A stretch of DNA of 63,955 nucleotides, the filler included, from Octopus bimaculoides (lineage: Eukaryota), in the NCBI RefSeq assembly GCF_001194135.2. It is 4 parts of 4 records of this genome, joined end to end, with 100 filler letters (N's around TTAATTAATTAA, not from the genome) between each part and the next. Parts side by side here need not be neighbours in the genome. Positions count along the whole stretch, not along the records: positions 1 to 31,960 come from NC_068987.1; positions 32,061 to 57,113 come from NC_068991.1; 2 more parts are not named here. The stretch is one strand, 5' to 3'. Within the stretch, counting starts at the first letter, position 1; the number at the start of each line of letters is the position of its first letter. A program made the translations under genes and the position numbers. The notes under the pieces are model-generated. The model was given only the letters and a program-made list of their open reading frames with translations, made no database searches and was not told where the DNA came from. This document shows, piece after piece, positions 25,229 through 35,880 of this stretch.

Positions 25229-25648
25229 GTCCGATCCTGAGTCAAGCAGTACCAGGCATTGTCTCCCATGGTTTTTGATCTTATCTGATTGGAAATGTTA
25301 ACATGTACATGTTTTGTCTTGGTATAAAAGATGGGCTACAGCAAATATTATGCTCAATACCATAGATTTGCTTGTCAGTTGTTTGACCTTAACCAGTCGA
25401 GTATGTCCTTTTGTGGCTAACGATTTGTATATCTTTGATCACGAGCAGAAGTAATGGGAAAACATCATAGCCATGTGTTGTGAGGAATTCTTTGGGGTTT
25501 GAATAATTCAAGTTTGGAAACATGTCACGCACATATGGTTGTCATGCATGTGCCAAATGTACCCTTATCAGACGAGTAGTTATAATAGGTATACTAAGCT
25601 TCGTGTATTTTACCCCAGTGTCCCTTTGATGGCATGCCTTGCTCTCTC
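25229..25648 (+). mobile_element. Non-coding TAA-associated repeat family D, copy 1 (internally deleted)
   Basis: Aligns to 25795-26341 with a ~130-bp deletion; ends CTCTCTC followed by (AAT)n. Confidence 0.85.
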
Positions 25649-25732
<84 letters not shown>

Positions 25733-25734
<2 letters not shown>

Positions 25735-25772
25735 CCAGTGTCACTTTGATGGCATGCACTGCTCTCTCACTC
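25733..25772 (+). mobile_element. Family D, 40-bp 3'-terminal fragment
   Basis: ACCCAGTGTCACTTTGATGGCATGCACTGCTCTCTCACTC lies between two TAA tracts. Confidence 0.85.
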
Positions 25773-25794
25773 AATAGTAATAATAATAATAAAT

Positions 25795-26341
25795 GTCCTG
25801 ATGCAGTACCAGGCATTGGCTCTCATGGCTTCTGATCTTAACTGATTGGATGTGTTATCATTTACATCGTTTTGTCTTGGTATAAAAGATGGGCTACAGC
25901 AAATATTCTGCTCAATATCTCAGATTTGCTTGTCAGTTGCTTGATCTTACCCAGTTGAGCATCTTCCTTAGTGGCTGACAATATGTGCATCTCTGATCAC
26001 GAGCAGAAGTAGTGGGGGAAAGCATCATAGCCGTGTGTTGAGATGAATTCTTTAGAGTCTGGATAATTCACCTTTGAAAACATGGGTGTTTTGTTCAACA
26101 TCATTAAACAACTCTTATTCAGGGACCTTTTGAGCGGGATGAGCTACTCGACCTGAAGAAAATTCTGACTGGGTCCCACCTGCAAGGTCATGCGTTGTTT
26201 ATCTTGATATGAGATCACTATGTCGCGCACATATGGTTGTAATGCATGTGCCTGGTGTACCCTTATCACACGGGTAGTCATGATGGGCTTCGTGTATTTT
26301 ACCCCAGTGTCACTTTGATGGCATGCACTGCAATCTCACTC
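25795..26341 (+). mobile_element. Family D, apparently full-length ~547-bp copy
   Basis: Flanked on both sides by (TAA)n. No ORF and no A/B box seen. Confidence 0.85.
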
Positions 26342-26380
26342 AATAATAATAATGAAAATAATAATAACAACAACAATAAC

Positions 26381-26481
<101 letters not shown>

Positions 26482-26614
26482 GCAGCTGGGGAAAGCGATT
26501 ATTCTTACAAGCGTATGCAAGTCTCAGAGCGAGTAGCAGAAATCAGTCACCTTCATTCACATCTGGAGATAATAAAGAAGACGGTAAAGGTCAGAGAATT
26601 GATGGGCTTGTACG

Positions 26615-26680
26615 CAGGGTCAGATTAGGACCCATAGAGGCCCTAAGCACTTGAAAGATTTTGGTGTCCTCATGTATATG
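26615..26680 (+). mobile_element. Possible hAT-type terminal fragment
   Basis: CAGGGTCAGATTAGGACCCATAGAGGCCCTAAGCAC resembles CAGGGCCGGATT-type termini. No clear partner TIR. Confidence 0.35.
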
Positions 26681-27009
26681 TAATTAAAAATATAAACAAC
26701 AATAAACCATAAAATAAATTTTTATTTTTCAAAATGAAACCAAATTAACAGTAAAATGGAAAATAATTGTATACCTCCCCTTTATTTATATATGAAAAGT
26801 TTTCTCCTACTTTTTTTGTAATTGCAATATCTTTGACCAGATCCTCTCTATGACACTATGAACACTTCGAATATTATTTTAGCAAGTTTAAAGTGATTTC
26901 TTTTGTGCATTTACCATATCTGTGGTGCACCCACCCACCTTCCCTTGATGCTTTAAGCACGTTCTTATTTTGTTTAATGGTTAATTCAGCACTGCTTGCA
27001 CGATGTGAA

Positions 27010-27270
27010 CCTCAGTAATGAAGACATTAGAAATTTAGAGAAATGATGCGAATATGATGACGATAAAGTTCAGATACAAATAAAAGGATTCCCAAATAAA
27101 GAACTCGATTCTGCTTTTATAATTTGAAGATAGAAAACAGGCGATAATAGCTACAGATCCGAATGCTCAGAAAGTGATGCAAATCAAAAGACAAGTTGAT
27201 AATGCACTCGCCTGTAACAAGGTCATTCACAAAGAGAAGAAGGAAAATCGATAGAAACATCTTTTTCCCG
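27010..27270 (+). mobile_element. pogo/Tigger-like transposase C-terminal remnant
   Basis: NEDIRNLE...KGFPNKELDSAF...DPNAQKVMQIKRQVDNALACNKVIHKEKK resembles Tigger C-termini. Confidence 0.55.
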
Positions 27271-27456
27271 TTACTGATAAAAATAAACAATAAAGTAAAT
27301 TGTTTTTTCGTATGCATCTAATTTAATTTATTTTCTTCTTATTTATGTCGATATTTGCACACTTTTATTCTCTAAGTTATTTTTGAAAATTAAAAATATT
27401 TTTCGAAGTCAAGATATATGTGTGTGTGTGTGTGTGTATATGTATGTATATATACG

Positions 27457-27504
<48 letters not shown>

Positions 27505-27875
27505 NNNNNNNNNNNNNNNNNNNNNNNNNNNNNNNNNNNNNNNNNNNNNNNNNNNNNNNNNNNNNNNNNNNNNNNNNNNNNNNNNNNNNNNNNNNNNNNN
27601 NNNNNNNNNNNNNNNNNNNNNNNNNNNNNNNNNNNNNNNNNNNNNNNNNNNNNNNNNNNNNNNNNNNNNNNNNNNNNNNNNNNNNNNNNNNNNNNNNNNN
27701 NNNNNNNNNNNNNNNNNNNNNNNNNNNNNNNNNNNNNNNNNNNNNNNNNNNNNNNNNNNNNNNNNNNNNNNNNNNNNNNNNNNNNNNNNNNNNNNNNNNN
27801 NNNNNNNNNNNNNNNNNNNNNNNNNNNNNNNNNNNNNNNNNNNNNNNNNNNNNNNNNNNNNNNNNNNNNNNNNNN

Positions 27876-27926
<51 letters not shown>

Positions 27927-28115
27927 TACATTCATGCATACATGCATTTCTACACAAACACACGCACATACACGCACACATACACACACATACACACACA
28001 CACTCACACGCACGCGCGCACACACGTTTTCACTTGTTTTAGTCATATGATTGCGGCCATGCTGGGGCTCGACTTTGAAGAAATTTAGTCGAACAAATCG
28101 ACCCCAGTACATATG

Positions 28116-28149
<34 letters not shown>

Positions 28150-28150
<1 letters not shown>

Positions 28151-28468
28151 GAGTTTGACTAATGTTAAACACTGAACTTAATGCTAAAAATAAGATAAAA
28201 GGGATAAACACGCTAGCCATACCAGTCATAAATTACAGCTTTAACTTAATAAATTGGAAGATCAGAGAATTGAGAAACCTAGGTAGAAAACTATAAAACT
28301 ACTAACAGCGTACCGAAGTCACCACCCCAAGGCAGATGCAGACAGAATATATCCCGCTAAGAAGGAAGCCATGGCCTGATACAGATAGAAAACTACCATA
28401 AAATAACAACAGTTGAACTAGCAACGTACTTAGAAACAAAGAGAGGAAGACTACTGCGTGTAATAAAG
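28150..28468 (+). mobile_element. R4/Dong-like LINE fragment (post-RT thumb region)
   Basis: LNTELNAKNKIKGINTLAIPVINYSF..NW...HHPKADADRIY. Cut by a gap. Confidence 0.88.
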
Positions 28469-29697
28469 NNNNNNNNNNNNNNNNNNNNNNNNNNNNNNNN
28501 NNNNNNNNNNNNNNNNNNNNNNNNNNNNNNNNNNNNNNNNNNNNNNNNNNNNNNNNNNNNNNNNNNNNNNNNNNNNNNNNNNNNNNNNNNNNNNNNNNNN
28601 NNNNNNNNNNNNNNNNNNNNNNNNNNNNNNNNNNNNNNNNNNNNNNNNNNNNNNNNNNNNNNNNNNNNNNNNNNNNNNNNNNNNNNNNNNNNNNNNNNNN
28701 NNNNNNNNNNNNNNNNNNNNNNNNNNNNNNNNNNNNNNNNNNNNNNNNNNNNNNNNNNNNNNNNNNNNNNNNNNNNNNNNNNNNNNNNNNNNNNNNNNNN
28801 NNNNNNNNNNNNNNNNNNNNNNNNNNNNNNNNNNNNNNNNNNNNNNNNNNNNNNNNNNNNNNNNNNNNNNNNNNNNNNNNNNNNNNNNNNNNNNNNNNNN
28901 NNNNNNNNNNNNNNNNNNNNNNNNNNNNNNNNNNNNNNNNNNNNNNNNNNNNNNNNNNNNNNNNNNNNNNNNNNNNNNNNNNNNNNNNNNNNNNNNNNNN
29001 NNNNNNNNNNNNNNNNNNNNNNNNNNNNNNNNNNNNNNNNNNNNNNNNNNNNNNNNNNNNNNNNNNNNNNNNNNNNNNNNNNNNNNNNNNNNNNNNNNNN
29101 NNNNNNNNNNNNNNNNNNNNNNNNNNNNNNNNNNNNNNNNNNNNNNNNNNNNNNNNNNNNNNNNNNNNNNNNNNNNNNNNNNNNNNNNNNNNNNNNNNNN
29201 NNNNNNNNNNNNNNNNNNNNNNNNNNNNNNNNNNNNNNNNNNNNNNNNNNNNNNNNNNNNNNNNNNNNNNNNNNNNNNNNNNNNNNNNNNNNNNNNNNNN
29301 NNNTATATATATATGCATATTTAGATTGAGGAGATAATTATAATTCTGGCTATCACCTTACCACATCATGCACGATTGCGATTAGAGTAGTAGTCCAAAA
29401 TCAAAACGAGATCCATAAGACTTCGATTGATACGAAAGGGAGCACTACACAACTCCAAGGTAAGATCCAGTAGCTTAATATAAGCCCTGCAGAGTCAATA
29501 ATAAAAATTAAAAAAACAAGTTAAATGAGGAAAGGAAAAGTTAGATTGACTTTTCAAGTATCTCCCTGAGCGGATGATATCATTTATTCCATATCTCATA
29601 CAATGTAATGCATGGCATAATATATGGAAATATGTAACAATAATCCTATAGTTCATTCGAATTGACGTTTCCTTTAATTTAAATTATTACTCTTATA

Positions 29698-29728
<31 letters not shown>

Positions 29729-29730
29729 GC

Positions 29731-29795
29731 ACTGTTACTCAGTTTCACGGTCCCGTTCGTCTGTCGAAATGGACCGTGAAACTTTGTGTGACAGT
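29731..29795. ncRNA. Pre-miRNA-like hairpin candidate
   Basis: Perfect 13-bp stem (29741-29753 / 29771-29783), outer 8-bp stem with one G-U pair, and inner TTCG/CGAA pairing. No known mature miRNA recognised. Confidence 0.4.
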
Positions 29796-29818
29796 ATTAT
29801 GAAGATTTTGCAGCTTTA

Positions 29819-29858
<40 letters not shown>

Positions 29859-29868
29859 NNNNNNNNNN

Positions 29869-29904
<36 letters not shown>

Positions 29905-30099
29905 GAATACTGTGATATCTTGCCGCATGTATTACTCGGAACAGTTGAGGTATATTCGTGTCCGTAAGTATAAGTATGCATTCGTATGTGAGAATGTGTG
30001 TGATCCTAATTTATGTGGCCCAATGTCAAAGTAATGAATTGAGTTTGTCTAAGTGAATATACACATATGTATATATGTGTATGTATGTATGTATGTATG

Positions 30100-30166
<67 letters not shown>

Positions 30167-30174
30167 TCAGGAGC

Positions 30175-30364
30175 ACCATTTTTGAGCCGGTGGCCCTGGC
30201 TTGTCTCTGGATCATGTCAATAGGGTGGAGAGGGTCTGTAAGGTTCAGCGCAAGCCTTATGGGACCCAAAATGTTTGGTTGTACAATCGTCGGCGGGGCG
30301 GCTATCCGATGCCCGGTCGAGTTGGAAGGAACTGCCGCGACCATAGAAGCTGCAAACGCGAACC
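30175..30364 (-). CDS. Candidate coding exon (GC-rich island), product unknown
   Basis: Acceptor GGTCTTCAACAG, then an open frame FAFAASMVAAVPSNSTGHRIAAPPTIVQPNILGPIRLALNLTDPLHPIDMIQRQARATGSKM. The donor is weak or uncertain, and one plus-strand frame is also open. Confidence 0.3.
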
Positions 30365-30480
30365 CTGTTGAAGACCACAGAAACCATATATATAACATAG
30401 ATGGTATAGTTGTAACATAACTATAGGAGTCAATAAAACAGAATGCTGAGTATACAAATGTGTGTATGCATATCTATATA

Positions 30481-31935
30481 CAGCCTTGGCCAAAATTATG
30501 GAGCAGGTATGAAAAAATAATTGAAAACAATATAATAAACATTCTTGAGTATATCCCACCAATAATTAGTATTTTATGTTTTCCTTTTGCGTTTATAACC
30601 GATTAATGCGTTTTTGCATATTTTGCATAAGTGGTCGAGGCAATTTTCTGCCATTCAATGTCTGATACTATCATTTTTTCCTTTGTTTTTCAGTGAATAT
30701 CTCATTGTTAACTTACCAGTGATTAATTCTTGTTGAAAATGTCTCCGAAGAAACAGATTTCTGAAGCTCAAAGGGCTCAGATCATTGCATTGTTCAGATA
30801 AAGACTATCCCAAGTCAAAATTGCAGCAAAATTGAAACGGTGTTCAAACAACCATCAAAAGGTACAATGAGAACAATTCTTTCAAAAACTGTGATGGTCA
30901 AGGTCGCAAAATGTGTACAACCCCGAGGGAAGACAAGTTGCTGAAGAGGACATCTCTGGCTGATAGGAAAAAAACAACCTCTTCTGACGTAGCTGCTGAG
31001 TTCCACAGAGAAACAAACAAAGAGACATCAAGTCGCACAGTGAGAAGATTATAAGAGGCTGGGCTCAAAGTATGCAAGGCAAGATAGAAACCGTGGTTGT
31101 CTGAGGTGAACAAGAAGAAGCGATTGTCTTGGGCAAAAGAGCATGACGATTGGACTGATGATGATTGTGCTAAAGTTGTTTGGTCCGATGAAAGCAAATT
31201 TGAGGTGGATTTTCCATACTAGTTTCCATCAATTCATTCGGCATTCTTGAATTCATTATGCTTGTACACATTTTTTTATTGGATACCAGAAAGATCAGAA
31301 AAATTTGTATTTCATCTCAGATCTTTGGAACATCTGTAGCTGTTTACGTTCCTCGAGGAGTTGGAGAAGCTTATGATACTAGATGTGTTGTCCAAACAAT
31401 CAAATTTGAAGGTGGTAGCGATATGGTTTGGCGTTGCATGTCGTCTTCAGGCCCGGGAATGTTGTTCACTTGTGAGGGCAGAACGAATACCAACACTTAC
31501 ACCAGTGTGTTAGAACAAGTTTATCAATCATCCTTAGGTAAAATTTTTAATAACATATCAGATGGTGTAATCTTCCAAAAAAACAACGCTCCATGCCACA
31601 CATCCAGAGTCACAATGGGTTGATTTGGAGAGAAACGGTGAGGTTGATGGAATGCCCCTCGTCTCAAACTCCAGACCTCAACCCCACTGAACATTTGTGG
31701 TTACACTTGGGAACAAGAGTGAGGGTGCACAAATGTTCTTCAAAAAGCGAATTAACAGGCAAAATTCATGAAGAGTGACAGACAATTGAGCTAACGACTT
31801 GTGCCAACTAAGTTTCAAGCATGCAAAAACGCATAAAAGCGGTTATAAAAGCAAAAGAAGGACACATCAAATATTTATTTTTGATAATATATATTCAAAA
31901 ATGTTTATTATTATTTCAATTATGAAATAAATGAG
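30481..31935 (+). mobile_element. Near-complete degenerate Tc1-like (DD34E) transposon with long imperfect inverted repeats and a putative intron
   Basis: TA followed by CAGCCTTGGCCAAAATT; ATG at 30739; WSDESKFE; FQKNNAPCH; SQTPDLNPTEHLW. The left arm (~30510-30620) is inversely similar to the right arm (~31815-31925). Confidence 0.93.
31205..31320 (+). other. Putative 116-nt phase-0 GT-AG intron in the Tc1 transposase
   Basis: GAG|GTGGAT...TTTCATCTCAG|ATC. Removal gives in-frame DESKFE-IFGTSVAVYVPRGVGEAYDTRCVVQTIKFEGGSDMVW. Confidence 0.65.
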
Positions 31936-31960
31936 TTTCAATCACGTTCTCTCTCTATAT

Positions 31961-32060
31961 NNNNNNNNNNNNNNNNNNNNNNNNNNNNNNNNNNNNNNNN
32001 NNNNTTAATTAATTAANNNNNNNNNNNNNNNNNNNNNNNNNNNNNNNNNNNNNNNNNNNN
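31961..32060. other. Assembly join containing a six-frame-stop linker TTAATTAATTAA (also at about 57158 and 61743)
   Basis: An identical 12-mer is embedded in N runs three times. It is an artefact, not genomic sequence. Confidence 0.9.
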
Positions 32061-32280
32061 GCGTTAGTGGGCCGACAATCACAGAGACAAATAAATATAT
32101 ACATATACATATATGCGACGGGCTTCTTTCAGTTTCCGTCTACCAAATCCACTCATAAAGCTTTGGTCGGCCCAAGCTGAAGACACTTGCCCAAGGTGCC
32201 ACTGCCACTGCGTGGGACTGAACTCTGAACCATGTGGTTGGTAAGCAAGCTACTTATCACAGTCACTCCTTACAGACCCG
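32061..32280 (-). mobile_element. SINE family B, partial (near-duplicate of 32801-32973)
   Basis: Essentially identical to 32801-32973 apart from a 19-bp indel. Confidence 0.85.
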
Positions 32281-32625
32281 AAATAGCGTCTTTGGAACCT
32301 ATCATCCCTGGTATACATAGATACGTATATACATACTGTTTGTGAGTGTGTTTGTGTTTCAGGTGGTGTAAACAACAAAAGGATGTATTAGTTTGACGCT
32401 CGGGAATAGNNNNNNNNNNTGGTGGTGGTGCGTGTTAATTATCTATATTCATGGAGCAAAGCAAAGTAAGGTGTAACTAGCCGTCACTCGCGAGCGAGTA
32501 TGTTTTGGTGACACATTACCAGGCTTTCGCTTATTGTTTTAGGCGCCACTATAACCGCTGTTTGACATAGACACCCTATCAGCTCTTTAGTAGAACATCG
32601 ATGAGGAGACTGCTGGGAGGTTCTT

Positions 32626-32973
32626 TTACTCTTTTACTTGTTTCAGACAGTTGACTGCGGTCATGCTGGAGCACCGCCTTTAGTCGAACAAATTGTGCCC
32701 AGGAGTTATTCTTGTAAGCTTAGTACTTATTGTATCAGTCTTTTTGCCGAACCGCTCAGTTAGGTTACAGTGACGTAAACACTCCAATATCGTTTGTCAA
32801 GCGTTAGTGGGCCGACAATCACAGAGACAAATAAATATATACATATACATATATGCGACGGGCTTCTTTCAGTTTCCGTCTACCAAATCCACTCATAAAG
32901 CTTTGGTCGGCCCAAGGTGCCACTGCCACTGCGTGGGACTGAACTCTGAACCATGTGGTTGGTAAGCAAGCTA
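32626..32973 (-). mobile_element. SINE family B
   Basis: Reverse complement of the family B head and tail. Confidence 0.85.
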
Positions 32974-33511
32974 NNNNNNNNNNNNNNNNNNNNNNNNNNN
33001 NNNNNNNNNNNNNNNNNNNNNNNNNNNNNNNNNNNNNNNNNNNNNNNNNNNNNNNNNNNNNNNNNNNNNNNNNNNNNNNNNNNNNNNNNNNNNNNNNNNN
33101 NNNNNNNNNNNNNNNNNNNNNNNNNNNNNNNNNNNNNNNNNNNNNNNNNNNNNNNNNNNNNNNNNNNNNNNNNNNNNNNNNNNNNNNNNNNNNNNNNNNN
33201 NNNNNNNNNNNNNNNNNNNNNNNNNNNNNNNNNNNNNNNNNNNNNNNNNNNNNNNNNNNNNNNNNNNNNNNNNNNNNNNNNNNNNNNNNNNNNNNNNNNN
33301 NNNNNNNNNNNNNNNNNNNNNNNNNNNNNNNNNNNNNNNNNNNNNNNNNNNNNNNNNNNNNNNNNNNNNNNNNNNNNNNNNNNNNNNNNNNNNNNNNNNN
33401 NNNNNNNNNNNNNNNNNNNNNNNNNNNNNNNNNNNNNNNNNNNNNNNNNNNNNNNNNNNNNNNNNNNNNNNNNNNNNNNNNNNNNNNNNNNNNNNNNNNN
33501 NNNNNNNNNNN

Positions 33512-33873
33512 CAGTGGTTAGGGTAGCGGACTCGCGGTCATAGGATCGTGGTTTTGATTCCCAGACCAGGCGTTGTGAGTGTTTATTGAGCGAAAACACC
33601 TAAAGCTCCACGAGGTTCCGGCAGGGGATGGTGGCGAAACCTGCTGTACTCTTTCACCACAACTTTCTCTCACTCTTTCTTCCTGTTTCTGTTGTGCCTG
33701 TAATTCAAAGGCTCAGCCTTGTCACACTGTGTCACACTGAATATCCCCGAGAACTACGTTAAGGGTACACGTGTCTGTGGAGTGCTCAGCCACTTGCACG
33801 TTAATTTCACGAGCAGGCTGTTTCCGTTGATCGGACCAACTGGAACCCTGGACGTCGTAAGCAACGGAGTGCC
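33512..33873 (+). mobile_element. SINE type A1, tail type 1
   Basis: Colinear with 6250-6617; ends GGAGTGCC followed by a short CAA-like tail. Confidence 0.88.
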
Positions 33874-35273
33874 AGCAACAACAGCAAGTATAATAAACGA
33901 AATTACTGTGAAAACACTAGTTCACTGACGAGGTCAGAATAAGACTGGAATACGTCCGGTGTTATTTCTCCTAATGGCTCGTGTATCTTATAATCTTAAC
34001 CGTGAATTAACAGTGGATTGACTGTTTTCTCCGTGACATCGCTATGTGAGATAATCAGTTTGTAAGCTATAGCATTTTCTCGCATATATGATTTGTTGTT
34101 GTTGTTCATGTTGTTGTATTGATAGTTATTGTTGCTTTGTCGTTACAGTAGAGGCGGTAGTTGTGGTAGTTATTGCTAATATAGAAGCTTTCTTTATTGT
34201 CCTTGTACTTGTTATTGTTCCCAATGTTTCATATTGTAGTTCTTAGCTTTCGCATTGTTAACATTTCTGCTACTGATAATATTGTTCTCGTGTGCCCCTC
34301 CTCTTCCTTCTCCTCTACCCTCCACCTTCTCCCACCTTCTCCATATCATCGTCGTCATCATCCTGATCGTCATCATTATCGTATTATTATTCCTAAGGTT
34401 TTTCATCGTTATAACCCTTACGAGATCCTTATCAACACCATTATTAACCACCACCACCACCACTAATGCCGACACCACCACCACCGCCACNNNNNNNNNN
34501 NNNNNNNNNNNNNNNNNNNNNNNNNNNNNNNNNNNNNNNNNNNNNNNNNNNNNNNNNNNNNNNNNNNNNNNNNNNNNNNNNNNNNNNNNNNNNNNNNNNN
34601 NNNNNNNNNNNNNNNNNNNNNNNNNNNNNNNNNNNNNNNNNNNNNNNNNNNNNNNNNNNNNNNNNNNNNNNNNNNNNNNNNNNNNNNNNNNNNNNNNNNN
34701 NNNNNNNNNNNNNNNNNNNNNNNNNNNNNNNNNNNNNNNNNNNNNNNNNNNNNNNNNNNNNNNNNNNNNNNNNNNNNNNNNNNNNNNNNNNNNNNNNNNN
34801 NNNNNNNNNNNNNNNNNNNNNNNNNNNNNNNNNNNNNNNNNNNNNNNNNNNNNNNNNNNNNNNNNNNNNNNNNNNNNNNNNNNNNNNNNNNNNNNNNNNN
34901 NNNNNNNNNNNNNNNNNNNNNNNNNNNNNNNNNNNNNNNNNNNNNNNNNNNNNNNNNNNNNNNNNNNNNNNNNNNNNNNNNNNNNNNNNNNNNNNNNNNN
35001 NNNNNNNNNNNNNNNNNNNNNNNNNNNNNNNNNNNNNNNNNNNNNNNNNNNNNNNNNNNNNNNNNNNNNNNNNNNNNNNNNNNNNNNNNNNNNNNNNNNN
35101 NNNNNNNNNNNNNNNNNNNNNNNNNNNNNNNNNNNNNNNNNNNNNNNNNNNNNNNNNNNNNNNNNNNNNNNNNNNNNNNNNNNNNNNNNNNNNNNNNNNN
35201 NNNNNNNNNNNNNNNNNNNNNNNNNNNNNNNNNNNNNNNNNNNNNNNNNNNNNNNNNNNNNNNNNNNNNNNNN

Positions 35274-35274
35274 G

Positions 35275-35315
<41 letters not shown>

Positions 35316-35880
35316 GTCGTTGTCGTCATCATCGTCGTCGTCATCATGATCATCATCATCATCATAGTCATCATCATCATCGTCATCGTCATCATCGTCA
35401 TCGTCATCGTCATCATCATCATCATCATCATCGTCGTCGTCGTCGTTTTCATCACCATCATCGTTGTCATCATCGTCAGCATCGACATCATCGATGTCAT
35501 CGTTATCACGATTATCATCATAATCGTCATCATCTTCGTCGTCATTATCGTCACGGCCGTCGCCGCCGTCGTCTTCATCATCTTCATTGTCCACGTATTG
35601 TCATCACCATCCTCATCCTCCTCCTCCTCCTCCTCATCATCATCATCACCATCATCACTATTTTCGTCATCATCATCTTCGGCATCCCCGACTTTGTCGT
35701 CGTCATCATCGTCATCTTGTTTAGCAGCAACAGCAGCAGCATCGTCGCTATCATAATCATCATCATCATCGTAATCCATCATCATCGTCATCATCATCAT
35801 CGTCATCATCATCATCATCATCCCCCATCGCCGTCTTCTTCCTTGTCATTGTCATCGCCGCAGCCGCCATCAACATTACC
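35274..35880. repeat. Long imperfect (CAT)/(CGT) trinucleotide array
   Basis: Direct reading. It generates the spurious poly-D/H/M/S ORFs. Confidence 0.95.

Noticed and set aside
29360-29490. Minus-strand segment with a good acceptor and a GTAAGG donor
   Set aside because: All three frames contain stops; at most a non-coding exon, with no further support.
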